Shown: positions 23,824 to 33,836, counted from the first letter of the stretch. The stretch: 64,000 nucleotides of DNA from an uncultured Candidatus Peribacteria bacterium (GCA_964648045.1 CAZYNU010000002.1:6782-70781), one strand, 5' to 3'. The notes: generated from the letters alone by a model not told the origin. Numbers and translations are program-made.

Positions 23824-26285
23824 CCACCTTTCCGCTCGCCACCGGCATCGTTCTCTCCACGCTATTGGCAGCCGTTCCGGCGGCGGCGCAAGTTTCCGTG
23901 TATGAAAGCGCGCGCGCCGACGTGTTGCAAGAATCGGCGTACTTCGAAGTGGGACCAGAAGTGGCAACCTTCGCGCGGGCGGTACTGGCCGCCAAGGGGA
24001 AGACGCTCTCGGCCGCACAAGTGGAGCGCTCACTCAGGCTGCCGCCGAGCGCCGTGTGCAACAACAGACCATTAGCGACCGACGACGAGAGCGAGGCGGA
24101 CAGTGCCAATGACGACGAAGACCGATCGGAATGCCTGGAGACGATCGAGCGCTTGCAACACATTCTGCGGCGGGAGTCGGCGGTGCAAGCCTTGGGCCGC
24201 GACCTACAGGCCATCGCGGCGAGCGCCGAATTGGCCACCGACTCATACCCGGGCATGGGCAGCGAGACGCTGCTCGTCACCGAAGCCATCCGCACTATTT
24301 GGGGTCATCCCACCAGCGGCAGCCGCGCCACGCTCTCGGTTCGAGCCTGGCCCGAGGACGTGGACTTCTCGGCCATCAACGGCGCACTCGGCGCGCTTAA
24401 CCGTGAAGAGCGCACGGGCGCGGTGTGGCGCGCACTCTACGGAACCCGCTTTGCACGGGGAGAGCGTGGACGCCTGAACGACGCCGATACACCGGACAAT
24501 CCGCAGAACGGTCCGGGGACCGAACGGCAGTATCTCTTCAAAGAGCAGCCGGCTCTCGACGAAGCATTGTTGGGGCTGCGGTCGACACTATTGGGCGACG
24601 ATCTAGACGACGCAGCAGAGCAAGAAAACCAACCCGGACGGATCATTGCACTCTATCCGCCGAAGAGCCTGGGTAATAACGTCGTGGTCTGGGTCTCCAG
24701 CGACGATGTAGGTTTGCGTCAACAAACCCCGATCCAGCCCGTCTTACCCTCACTCGGCACAGACGGATCGGCCATTGCTGGCGGCACCTGGCCGCCTGCG
24801 CCGCCAGGCCCGTCGCGGCCGCCCGTCTCGCCTTCGCCGACGGATGATAGCGCCGGACTCTGCCTGGACCCGGTCGCCGCGGACGGATTCCTCTGCCGCG
24901 CGCTCGCGGACGATCTCTCACCCTGCCAAGAAGACGCGCCGAACGTGGCCGAGAGCATCGCCCTGGCAGCGTGCACGGACATCGACCAAGAAACGAAGGC
25001 GACCGTCGCCGGTCCACAGCTCTGTTCGGAGTTCGACTGGCAGGCCGATGGCTTTAATCCCGACGAGCAATGCACGCCGCAGCTGGAGTGCGCCGACACC
25101 TGCACAGACGAGAGTGGCGAGTTCAACGACGAGACGCAGTTTCACGTCTATATGAAAGAAGATAAAGACGGGCTGCCAGCCGTGGCACGGGCGTGCGTGA
25201 AAGAAGGCGGAGATCTCCTGCCGGCCTATCGCCTGTTGCAGGCGGCCAGCGGCATTCGCCTAACCTGCGAACAAGAGAATGGCGTCGATGTGGGCACCAA
25301 CCTGCCACCCGAAGAACTGGGCTTCGCCTGCTGCTCGCAATTGGAGCAACAAGCGACGGTGATGTGTCGCGCCATGGAAGAGGATGGCGTCTTTGCGGAG
25401 GACGATGGCTCGCGCGCCATCTCGACGGGCGGCGAAGCCTTTGGCGTCGGCAGTTGCGCACTGGCGTTCGCCGTGGAGTACTGCGGACCGCAGTGCGGCG
25501 GACCGCAGCCGGAAGGATTCTTGGAAGAACTCATCGACCGAGCCAACACGAACCCGGCAGGCTTGCCCGAACGCTGCGAGGATGCCCGCGATGAAGCGCG
25601 TGTGCAGGCCCTCATCGCCGAAGCCGAAGTCATTGACGAAGCCTGCTCTCCCGAGCGCGAGACCAGCATGCCCAACACCATTCTGGCCAATGCCTGCTAC
25701 GCCGGCAGCTGCCTGGAACGATCACTCAAACTGCACAATCTGGTACCCGGCTTTGGCGCTCTGACGGCCATGGACCAGACCATGCCCCAAACCCCAGAAA
25801 TGGCGGAGCGCGATGGACAGAGAAATGTGGACGTGTCGCCACTGCGCACGCCGAGGCTGCCCACCTACGAACCGGCGCGCGTGATGGGCGACTTCGACGC
25901 CGCCTTCTGCCAACTCAACGGCCTACCGCCGCAGACGCCGCCCACCGTCTGCGCGGTCGACCCCCTCCGACGCGTCTCCCTGCCGTTAGCCGAAGGTTTC
26001 AACCAGCAGGCGAACCTGGACCAACAGCGCGCCGAGCTGACGGCCGCTCAGCAGGCGTTCATACGCACCGGCCTCCCGACCGGTACGCGCCTTGGTGACC
26101 GCATCTTTTTAGAAGCCCTGCAAGCCCCAGTGGAGGGATTAGCCGAATCGGTCGAGACGAGCATCGTCCTCTTACAAGATTTGGCGGCCGTCGACTTCAC
26201 GCCGGAACTGTGCCCGCTCTCCCCAAGCCAACCGCTCGTCGGCTCCGGCCGAACAGAGACCAGCTCTCGCTCAACGCCACTGTGA
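23820..26285 (+). CDS. secreted Cys-rich acidic protein D (821 aa), no recognised domain
   Basis: ATGA start/stop overlap at 23820-23823. Signal peptide MTTFPLATGIVLSTLLAAVPAAAQ. About 25 Cys, e.g. CTPQLECADTC and EYCGPQCGG. Confidence 0.7.
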   Translation: MTTFPLATGIVLSTLLAAVPAAAQVSVYESARADVLQESAYFEVGPEVATFARAVLAAKGKTLSAAQVERSLRLPPSAVCNNRPLATDDESEADSANDDEDRSECLETIERLQHILRRESAVQALGRDLQAIAASAELATDSYPGMGSETLLVTEAIRTIWGHPTSGSRATLSVRAWPEDVDFSAINGALGALNREERTGAVWRALYGTRFARGERGRLNDADTPDNPQNGPGTERQYLFKEQPALDEALLGLRSTLLGDDLDDAAEQENQPGRIIALYPPKSLGNNVVVWVSSDDVGLRQQTPIQPVLPSLGTDGSAIAGGTWPPAPPGPSRPPVSPSPTDDSAGLCLDPVAADGFLCRALADDLSPCQEDAPNVAESIALAACTDIDQETKATVAGPQLCSEFDWQADGFNPDEQCTPQLECADTCTDESGEFNDETQFHVYMKEDKDGLPAVARACVKEGGDLLPAYRLLQAASGIRLTCEQENGVDVGTNLPPEELGFACCSQLEQQATVMCRAMEEDGVFAEDDGSRAISTGGEAFGVGSCALAFAVEYCGPQCGGPQPEGFLEELIDRANTNPAGLPERCEDARDEARVQALIAEAEVIDEACSPERETSMPNTILANACYAGSCLERSLKLHNLVPGFGALTAMDQTMPQTPEMAERDGQRNVDVSPLRTPRLPTYEPARVMGDFDAAFCQLNGLPPQTPPTVCAVDPLRRVSLPLAEGFNQQANLDQQRAELTAAQQAFIRTGLPTGTRLGDRIFLEALQAPVEGLAESVETSIVLLQDLAAVDFTPELCPLSPSQPLVGSGRTETSSRSTPL

Positions 26286-27943
26286 TGCCTCGCCGCTTCG
26301 TCCTCATCGGCCCCGCTCTACTGGCACTGCTCCTAGCCACGTCGGCACATGCCCAGCAATCGCCCCTGTGCGACCAACTGCAAGACGCCCCCGCCCTGTC
26401 GCCCTACGTGCAGCAAGTCTTAGAACGCGCCGACCGCGGGCTAAATTACATCGCCGAGAGCGGAGCCGGCACGGGCGATCCGTCCCTCTATTGGCGGGTA
26501 CTTGTGGAAAACGCTGGCGCGGCTGTGATCTCGGGCATGGATACATCGCGGCGTATCACAGTCGCCATGCAAGACCTCACCAGTCGTTCGGCCTGCCTGC
26601 GCTACGACGCCATCTTACTCTCGTGCAAGATCGAGCAAGTACGGACACGACTCAACGAGCAGCTCAGCCTGGCCGTCTCGCCCTCGCCTAACACGGCCAC
26701 CGTCTTCCAACTGCAAGAACTACTGATCTTTCTCTTCGACCGCGATCGACACCTGGCGGCGGGTGCCACCGACCCCTGGTATGCCGACCCCGACTGGGGA
26801 CGCGTCTTTGCCTTCGACCCACCTGCACCCGGCTTTTGCTGCCGCACGGGTGATGACGGTCTGTCGTGTGAATCCCTCGACGAAGCCGAGTGTAACCCGG
26901 GCACCTTCTGGAGCACCGAAGCCGATTGCGAGCAGGCCTGCGGCGTCACGTCGTTCCCCGGCGAAGATCCCCGCGTCTGCCCGTACCATTCCGATTACGG
27001 CTACCCGACAGAAGGCGGTTACGGCTGCGACGAAACCATCATGCCCGACGCGGCGATCGTGGCCGACGAAAAAACAGCACTCACGGAGTTGCGTGCAGCC
27101 GTGGAGCGCCTGCGCCAAGAAGCCGGTGCCGACCCCGCGCCCGATCGCGCGCCCGCACTGATTGGCTGTGCGTCGGAATTCGGCCATTGCAACGATAATG
27201 GGGCGCAGACCTGCCGTACCGACAGCGACTGCGACGACGTCGCCTGCGTGTATCAGCGCGGCACCTGCCTGAACGACCCATCCGTCTCGTGCACACTCGA
27301 CGCCGACTGCACTGTGGACGACGGCGAATTGGCGGCGGTCTGCCTGCTTCCGCCCGTGTCGCCACCGGCCGCCGTCATCCGGCGCGGTCCGTTCAATCTG
27401 CAACCCGACGACCTGCGTCTCACTCGTGCCTTCATGAATTGGAGCATTCGGGTGGGTGCCAGTCGCCCGTTCGGCTCGGCGGGAGCAGAGCCCCGCGATC
27501 AAGCTGGCGGCGACCAGGTCTACGTGGACCCCATCGATTTCATCTTGAATCAGAACAATCGCTCCTACTTCCGCCAGGCAGCGGCCAATTTTGCGACCGG
27601 TCAGGCGCGTTTTGCCCCACTCACCGAAACGTCGAACGCTCTGCAACGCATGCTCATGCCGCTGCGTGAAGCGGTAGCGGAATTGAGCACCTTAGCCTCG
27701 GCCAAGGAGGGCATACGTCGGTTCGTGCGTCGATTCGCGGACCTCCTCCACCACAGCTGCGCCACCGACCCCTGCCAGACCGATCTGGAACGCATCTGGA
27801 GCATGGCCAATACCGACGAGTGCTTTGCCTACGCCGACGGCACCTACTTGGAGGACGATTGCGCCAACGGCGAGTCGCGGGCGCAAAAGTGTGCCGATGC
27901 GGCGGGCGTGGCCATCAACGTGCCGGCCTGCGAGACGCCGTAA
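26285..27943 (+). CDS. secreted Cys-rich protein E (552 aa), no recognised domain
   Basis: The start overlaps the upstream stop (TGATG at 26283-26287). Signal peptide MPRRFVLIGPALLALLLATSAHA. About 26 Cys, e.g. CRTDSDCDDVACVYQRGTCLNDPSVSCTLDADC. Confidence 0.7.
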   Translation: MPRRFVLIGPALLALLLATSAHAQQSPLCDQLQDAPALSPYVQQVLERADRGLNYIAESGAGTGDPSLYWRVLVENAGAAVISGMDTSRRITVAMQDLTSRSACLRYDAILLSCKIEQVRTRLNEQLSLAVSPSPNTATVFQLQELLIFLFDRDRHLAAGATDPWYADPDWGRVFAFDPPAPGFCCRTGDDGLSCESLDEAECNPGTFWSTEADCEQACGVTSFPGEDPRVCPYHSDYGYPTEGGYGCDETIMPDAAIVADEKTALTELRAAVERLRQEAGADPAPDRAPALIGCASEFGHCNDNGAQTCRTDSDCDDVACVYQRGTCLNDPSVSCTLDADCTVDDGELAAVCLLPPVSPPAAVIRRGPFNLQPDDLRLTRAFMNWSIRVGASRPFGSAGAEPRDQAGGDQVYVDPIDFILNQNNRSYFRQAAANFATGQARFAPLTETSNALQRMLMPLREAVAELSTLASAKEGIRRFVRRFADLLHHSCATDPCQTDLERIWSMANTDECFAYADGTYLEDDCANGESRAQKCADAAGVAINVPACETP

Positions 27944-28036
27944 GAGGCCGATCTTCTCGCCCAAAAACGCGGCAACCAGTATGATGCATGCATCCGGCTC
28001 CGTCCCGCTTCGAGGACGGGCTACGCCAGGACCCCC

Positions 28037-31000
28037 ATGAAGCCAGAGGACTTCGTCCACCTGCACTGCCACACGACCTACTCGCTGCTCGAGGCCCTGC
28101 CCGCGCCCGAAGAGGTAGTTGCCCGCGCCAAGGCGCTAGGACAGACGGCGGTGGGCATCGCCGACAAGGGCTACACCTACGGCCTGGTGGAGTTTTACCA
28201 AGATGCCAAGAAGGCCGGACTCAAGCCCATCTTAGGCGTGGAGGTATTCCAGGCGGCGCGCACGCGCTTCGACAAAGAGAGTGGCACCGATACGCGCAGC
28301 GCCCCGCTCGTGCTATTAGCTGAAACGCAGGAGGGCTACCAGAACCTGCTCGAACTCTGCACGTTGGCCGCGGTGGAGGGCATGTACTACAAGCCGCGTG
28401 TCGACGCCGAGCTGCTGAAGAAGTACGGCAAGGGACTTATCTGCCTGACCGGCCAGCTCTCGGGACTTATTCCGCAGGCGGCGCTGCTCGAAGACGGCGA
28501 GCGCGTGAAGCAGCTGACGGAAGAGCTTTGGAACTACTTCGGCCACGGCAACGTCTACTACGAACTCCAAGATTTGCCCGGTCTCAACGGCCAAGCCGAG
28601 GCCAATCAGCAGCTCATTCGCTTCGGCAAGGAGTTCGGCGTGCCACTCGTGGCCACCTGCGGCAGCTACTACTGCGAAACGACCGACGCCGAGGCGCACG
28701 ACGTGCTGCTGTGCATCCAGAAGAGTGCGCTGGTGGAAGACCCCGGTCGTTTCTCCATGCGCGACAGCGACTACTCGATGCGCCCGTTCGAGGAGATGGA
28801 GAAGGCCTTCGCGCATGTGCCCGAGGCGCTCGAGAACACACGCGTCATCGCCGACCGCTGCACCGTCGACTTCGAGTTCGGCAAGAACCAGATTCCGCAC
28901 GGCCCGGTGGAGGGCGACCGCACCGAGGACGAGGAGATGGAGCGCCTGGCCCGAGAAGGCTTCAAGCGTCGCTACCCCGTTAGCACACCCGAATTAGAGC
29001 AGCGCCTGGACTACGAGCTATCGGTGATCCGCCAGGTGAAGTTCGCCGGCTACTTCCTCATTGTCGCCGACTTCGTGAACGAAGCCCGTCGCCGCGGCAT
29101 CATGGTGGGCCCGGGGCGCGGCTCGGCCGCCGGCTCGATGGTGAGTTACTGCCTCGGCATTACCAACTTCGACCCCATGCCGCAGGGATTGCTCTTCGAG
29201 CGATTCCTCAACCCGGAGCGCATCTCCATGCCCGATATCGACATGGACTTTGCCGACGACCGCCGCGACGAGGTGCTGGAGTACGTGCGCGAGAAGTACG
29301 GCCGCGACCGCGTGGTGCAGATCTGCACCTTCGGAACGCTCGCCGCCCGCGCCGCCGTGAAGGATGTGGGTCGCGCCTTCGGCATCTCATTCTTGGAGAT
29401 GAACGCGCTGGCCAAGATGGTGCCGGAGAAGCCGGGCACCACGCTTGACCAAGCGCTTGCCACATCGGAGCTGAAGGCTGCATACGAGAGCAACGACGCC
29501 TATAAGAAGATCATCGACATCGCGCTGAAGCTGGAGGGTAAGGCCCGCCACATCTCGGTGCACGCCTGCGGCGTCATCATCACGCCCAAGCCGGCTATCG
29601 AATACACCGCCGTTCAGAAGGCGCCCAAGGACGACAACACCATCATCACACAGTACTCGGCTAAGCCGCTGGAATCACTTGGCCTGCTGAAGATGGACTT
29701 CCTCGGCTTGATGAACCTCACGGTCATCCAGACGGCGCTCAAGATTATCGAGCGCACGCGCGGTGAGACGGTGAACATCGAGACGATCCCCACCGACGAC
29801 AAGGCGGCGTTCAATCTACTCAAATCGGGCAACACCACCGGCGTATTCCAGTTGGAATCCGCGGGCATGCGCCGCTACTTAAAACAGCTCAAGCCGACGC
29901 GTTTCGAGGACATCATGGCCATGTGCGCCCTGTACCGACCGGGTCCAATGGACTCGATCCCGACGTACATTAAGGGCAAGAACGATCCCAAGTCGGTGAC
30001 GTACGAAGTGCCAGAGCTAGAGCCGTTCTTAAAGGAAACGTACGGCATCATGGTGTACCAGGAGCAGGTGCAGCGCGTGGCTCAGGAGTTCGCCGGGTTC
30101 TCGCTTGGCGCCGGTTACCTGCTCATCAAGGCCGTGGCCAAGAAGATTCCCAAGCTGCTCGCAGAGCAAAAGGAAAAGTTCGTAAACGGCGCCGTGGAGA
30201 CCGGCCGCAAGAAGGAGGTGGCCGAGAAGATCTTCGCTCTCATCGAGCCGTTCGCCGGCTACGGCTTCAACAAATCGCACGCCGCCTGCTACGCACGTAT
30301 CGCGTACGAGACCGCCTATCTAAAGGCCAACTACACCGCCGAATTCATGGCGGCCCTGCTCAGCAGCGACAGCCAAGACACCGACCGCGTGATGATTGAG
30401 ATTGAGGAGTGTCGCTCGATGGGCATCGACGTGCTGCCGCCGGACATCAACGAATCACGCAAGCAGTTCACGGTCATCCTCCCCGCCGACCGCGAAGGCA
30501 GCGAGGGACGTTATGGCATCCGCTTCGGATTAAGTGCCGTGAAGGGCATCGGCGAAAGCTCTGTAGATCTCATTATCGCCGAGCGCGACCAAAACGGCCC
30601 CTATACCAGCCTGGAGAACCTGGCCCGCCGCGTGCCGGCCAAGGTATTCAATAAGAAGCTGCTCGAAGCCCTGGCCAAGAGCGGAGCCATCGACCGCTTT
30701 GCCGAGCGTGCCGCTGTGATCACGCACTACGACAAGATCACTAGCTACGCCAAGGACGCTGGCGCCAGCGGCGGCCAGGCCGATTTGTTTGGTGCCGCAG
30801 GCCTGGTGGAGGAAGCAACCATCGACCTGCCGTTCACGCCGCCAGCCTCGCCGCAGCAGAAGCTGATCTGGGAAAAGGAGACGCTCGGGCTCTACGTCTC
30901 GAGCCATCCACTGGCCGGCATGAAGAAATACATCGCCAAGAAGGCGCGCCTCATCGGCTCACTGGAATCGAAGGACATTGGCAAGAAGGTGACGGTCGCC

Positions 31001-31735
31001 GGCATTGAGGAAGGCTTCAAACCGATCCGCACCAAAAAGGGCGATACTATGGGCATCCTCACGCTCGAGGATCCCACCGGTAAGATTGAGGTAACACTCT
31101 TCCCCAAGGCCTACGGCGAGCTGCAAGACCAACTCGGCAAGCCCGACACCGTACTGGTAGTGGGCGGCACGCTCGAGGCCCGCGCCGGCCAGTACCAGGT
31201 AATCGTCGATGCCATCAAGCGCGCGTCGCTCACCACCATGATCGAACGCGCCAAGGCCGACGGTTTCTGGGACGAGGAGGAGGCGAAGCGCGGCGTGCAG
31301 CCCGTGCGCGCGGCCGTGGTGGATGACGAGGAAGATACCGAGGTGATGGATGACGACGGCAACGTGGTGGCAGGCGAGACGGCAGCGATGCCTGAAGCCG
31401 GCCCCTCGTCCGATCTGTCCGGCCCGCTGGCGGTGTGGATCGCCAAGGGCATGCCCACCGACGAGCCGCTGCGCGCGCTGGGCATGGCGATGGCCGCTCC
31501 CGCTGCGGACCCCGCACCGAGCGTGAGCATCAACACCGTGGCGCTGCCTGCCCGCGCTCCGAAGCAATTGCTGCTGGATTTAAAGAAACTCTTCGAGACC
31601 TTCCCGGGCCCCGAGCGTGTGCGCCTCAAGATCGGCGAGCAGCTCATCGACGTGCCGCTGACCGTGACGATGTCGCCTATTTTGGAGGCCAAGATTGACG
31701 ACCTACTTAGACAACACGCCGAGCCGACCGCTTAA
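28037..31735 (+). CDS. dnaE: DNA polymerase III alpha subunit
   Basis: PHP domain start FVHLHCHTTYSLLEA, GRGSAAGSMVSYCLGIT, PDIDMDF and HACGVIIT; length 1232 aa. Confidence 0.95.
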   Translation: MKPEDFVHLHCHTTYSLLEALPAPEEVVARAKALGQTAVGIADKGYTYGLVEFYQDAKKAGLKPILGVEVFQAARTRFDKESGTDTRSAPLVLLAETQEGYQNLLELCTLAAVEGMYYKPRVDAELLKKYGKGLICLTGQLSGLIPQAALLEDGERVKQLTEELWNYFGHGNVYYELQDLPGLNGQAEANQQLIRFGKEFGVPLVATCGSYYCETTDAEAHDVLLCIQKSALVEDPGRFSMRDSDYSMRPFEEMEKAFAHVPEALENTRVIADRCTVDFEFGKNQIPHGPVEGDRTEDEEMERLAREGFKRRYPVSTPELEQRLDYELSVIRQVKFAGYFLIVADFVNEARRRGIMVGPGRGSAAGSMVSYCLGITNFDPMPQGLLFERFLNPERISMPDIDMDFADDRRDEVLEYVREKYGRDRVVQICTFGTLAARAAVKDVGRAFGISFLEMNALAKMVPEKPGTTLDQALATSELKAAYESNDAYKKIIDIALKLEGKARHISVHACGVIITPKPAIEYTAVQKAPKDDNTIITQYSAKPLESLGLLKMDFLGLMNLTVIQTALKIIERTRGETVNIETIPTDDKAAFNLLKSGNTTGVFQLESAGMRRYLKQLKPTRFEDIMAMCALYRPGPMDSIPTYIKGKNDPKSVTYEVPELEPFLKETYGIMVYQEQVQRVAQEFAGFSLGAGYLLIKAVAKKIPKLLAEQKEKFVNGAVETGRKKEVAEKIFALIEPFAGYGFNKSHAACYARIAYETAYLKANYTAEFMAALLSSDSQDTDRVMIEIEECRSMGIDVLPPDINESRKQFTVILPADREGSEGRYGIRFGLSAVKGIGESSVDLIIAERDQNGPYTSLENLARRVPAKVFNKKLLEALAKSGAIDRFAERAAVITHYDKITSYAKDAGASGGQADLFGAAGLVEEATIDLPFTPPASPQQKLIWEKETLGLYVSSHPLAGMKKYIAKKARLIGSLESKDIGKKVTVAGIEEGFKPIRTKKGDTMGILTLEDPTGKIEVTLFPKAYGELQDQLGKPDTVLVVGGTLEARAGQYQVIVDAIKRASLTTMIERAKADGFWDEEEAKRGVQPVRAAVVDDEEDTEVMDDDGNVVAGETAAMPEAGPSSDLSGPLAVWIAKGMPTDEPLRALGMAMAAPAADPAPSVSINTVALPARAPKQLLLDLKKLFETFPGPERVRLKIGEQLIDVPLTVTMSPILEAKIDDLLRQHAEPTA

Positions 31736-31760
31736 TGGAGAGAGAAGATGGAAATGATAT

Positions 31761-31788
31761 TTGACAAAAAATTTTTATAGTATATTTT
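31761..31788 (+). promoter_or_regulatory. AT-rich promoter island, TTGACA-16-TATTTT
   Basis: TTGACA 31761-31766 and TATTTT 31783-31788. It lies directly after the dnaE stop and about 120 nt upstream of the small zinc-ribbon ORF. Confidence 0.5.
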
Positions 31789-31907
31789 GTTTATTGGCCG
31801 AGGAAGACACTCCGCCATCGCCCTCTGACAACGTCGTCAGGAAAACCGTGTCCGGCTCGACCGGACGTCCAGATCGATTTGGTTCGACGAAGAGGAATTG
31901 GTGAAAC

Positions 31908-32114
31908 GTGTCCCAGACCCAGTTCAGCTGCCCCCGCTGCGGCACCTCGCTCAAGACCTGCACCCACTGCGTGGGCTACCGCGCCCATGAAGTGGCCCGT
32001 CTCCTGCGCGAGCAGGCGAACCCCGTCTACGTCGCCCCGCCGAAACCGAAGCGCTCGTGCCCCTACTGCGGCGGCGAGACCGGCTGCTACCACTGCGGCG
32101 TCCGCAGCAACTGA
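31908..32114 (+). CDS. small (68 aa) protein with four CxxC pairs (DnaJ-CR-like CxxCxG knuckles)
   Basis: CPRCG, CTHCVG, CPYCGG and CYHCG. GTG start with GAGGA about 12 nt upstream. It has its own promoter and terminator. Confidence 0.6.
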   Translation: MSQTQFSCPRCGTSLKTCTHCVGYRAHEVARLLREQANPVYVAPPKPKRSCPYCGGETGCYHCGVRSN

Positions 32115-32159
32115 ACCATTTGTCACTGCCCAGTGACACCTGACGACCCACAGACTCCG

Positions 32160-32190
32160 CCCGCTGCATCCGTGCAGTGGGCCTTTTTTT
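32160..32190 (+). terminator. intrinsic terminator after the zinc-ribbon ORF
   Basis: CCCGCTGCA-TCCG-TGCAGTGGG (one G-U pair) followed by CCTTTTTTT. Confidence 0.8.
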
Positions 32191-32218
32191 GCGTGCTGCC
32201 CGGGCCTATCCTCCGGTT

Positions 32219-32818
32219 GTGCGCATCCTCTCCCAGTCCGATCCTGCCGCCGTCCTCACCGCCGTCACGTTCCTGAAGGCGGGCGGCGTCATCGCCCATC
32301 CCACCGAGACGTGTTACGGGCTCTGCGCCGACCTGACGAACGCTACCGCCGTGGAGCGACTGTTTGTACTCAAGGAGCGCCCGCGCGGCCAGCCGGTGAG
32401 CGGGCTCTTCGCCACGGCCGAAGCGGCCAAGGCCTGGGTGACCTGGACCGACGAGGCCGAGCGCCTGGCGGCCGCGCACTTGCCCGGCCCGCTCACGCTC
32501 ATCCTGCCGCTCCGCGCCGACGCGCCCGCGCGCCTGCTGCCGTCGCCCGAGGGCGGCACCACGCTCGGCGTGCGCGTAAGCAGTCATCCGTTCGCCCTAG
32601 CCTTGGCCGCCGCCTACGGCACGCCCATCAGCACCACCTCGGCCAACCGCCACGGCGAACCAAACCCCTACTCAGTCGCAGACCTGCAGCGCACCTGGCC
32701 GAAAGACGGACCCGACCTGGTCATCGACGGCGGGACGCTCCCGCCCGTGCCACCCTCGACGGTGATGGACCTGACGAAGGGCGGGGAAGTGCGGCGGCAG
32801 GGGGCGATCAGTGGGTGA
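32219..32818 (+). CDS. tsaC: L-threonylcarbamoyladenylate synthase (TsaC/YrdC/Sua5 family)
   Basis: IAHPTETCYGLCAD, LKERPRGQPV, HLPGPLTLIL and STSANRHGEP. I chose the GTG start at 32219 because track start 32177 lies inside the terminator. TATCCT (32207-32212) lies 6 nt upstream. Confidence 0.8.
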   Translation: MRILSQSDPAAVLTAVTFLKAGGVIAHPTETCYGLCADLTNATAVERLFVLKERPRGQPVSGLFATAEAAKAWVTWTDEAERLAAAHLPGPLTLILPLRADAPARLLPSPEGGTTLGVRVSSHPFALALAAAYGTPISTTSANRHGEPNPYSVADLQRTWPKDGPDLVIDGGTLPPVPPSTVMDLTKGGEVRRQGAISG

Positions 32819-32873
32819 GGCATCATAAAAACAGGCCGACTCTCGTCGGCCTGTAGGTGGCACGTCTGACCGG

Positions 32874-33248
32874 TCAGGGTGTATCAACTGTAATGACCGG
32901 CCCCAGGGCCTGTTTGACGACCCAGTCCATCTCTACGAGGGTGAGACCCTCGTGATTACCGTTCTCCTTAAGACACCAAATGCAGGCGTAACCGATGGCG
33001 ACCAGGAGGAGGCAGCGGGTCTGCAACCGCGCGATGATGTCGATCGTGGTGGGGATCGTGCCCGACTCCATATCAGCCGTGATTGACTTCATGGCCGCGA
33101 ACTCTTGTTGAGCTCGCTCGATCAGTTGCAGCCGGGGCAACTCGCTTTTGAGCAGGTGTAGGAACTCAGGCATGTTCACCTCGTTGCCCTCCGGCTTGCG
33201 AGCCGTGGCACGCAGGCGGTCCAGAACAAAGGCACGGTTCATGAGCAT
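32874..33248 (-). CDS. hypothetical protein (124 aa)
   Basis: GGAG lies 4 nt upstream of the ATG at 33248 (MLMNRAF...). The longer track ORF starts 3 nt after a TTGACT box and is unlikely to be real. Confidence 0.45.
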   Translation of the reverse strand: MLMNRAFVLDRLRATARKPEGNEVNMPEFLHLLKSELPRLQLIERAQQEFAAMKSITADMESGTIPTTIDIIARLQTRCLLLVAIGYACIWCLKENGNHEGLTLVEMDWVVKQALGPVITVDTP

Positions 33249-33370
33249 CACTCCACTGCTTGAGGCAGAAACGTTGTTTTGAAGACACCGCGCAGAGCCT
33301 AGCAGTGTATTTGACATAAGTCAATAATATTTCTTATGAATCAAATTAGCGCCTGCTACACTCAGCGCCG

Positions 33371-33823
33371 ATGAAGTGTCCCCAGTGTGGCAACGAAGAT
33401 ACCGGTGTGGTCGACTCTCGCCTCACCGAGGAAGGGAAGGCCGTGCGCCGCCGCCGCGAGTGCACAAAGTGCGAACATCGCTTCACCACCTTCGAGCGCC
33501 AGGAGGCTGCCTCCATTATCGTCGTAAAGCGCGACGGCACGCGCGAACCGTTCTCACGCGAGAAACTCCAGCGCGGCATTTGGCTGGCCTGCACGAAGCG
33601 ACCCATCAGCCAAGAACAAGTCGATCGGGTGGTGAGTAAGCTGGAGGAAAAGTGGCGCGGCGAGGGCGGCGAGGTGGAGAGCCCCACCATCGGCAACGAC
33701 GTCATGAAGGAGCTCAAGAAGCTCGACCAGGTCGCCTACATCCGCTTCGCCTCGGTGCACCGCGAGTTCAAGGACGTGGAGGAGTTTAAGGAGGAATTGG
33801 GCAAATTGTTCGGGAAGAAGTGA
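33371..33823 (+). CDS. nrdR: transcriptional repressor NrdR
   Basis: MKCPQCGNEDTGVVDSR...RRRRECTKCEHRFTTFE zinc ribbon plus an ATP-cone. TACACT (33357-33362) lies 8 nt before the ATG. Confidence 0.95.
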   Translation: MKCPQCGNEDTGVVDSRLTEEGKAVRRRRECTKCEHRFTTFERQEAASIIVVKRDGTREPFSREKLQRGIWLACTKRPISQEQVDRVVSKLEEKWRGEGGEVESPTIGNDVMKELKKLDQVAYIRFASVHREFKDVEEFKEELGKLFGKK

Positions 33824-33836
33824 GAGGAACCGTTTA

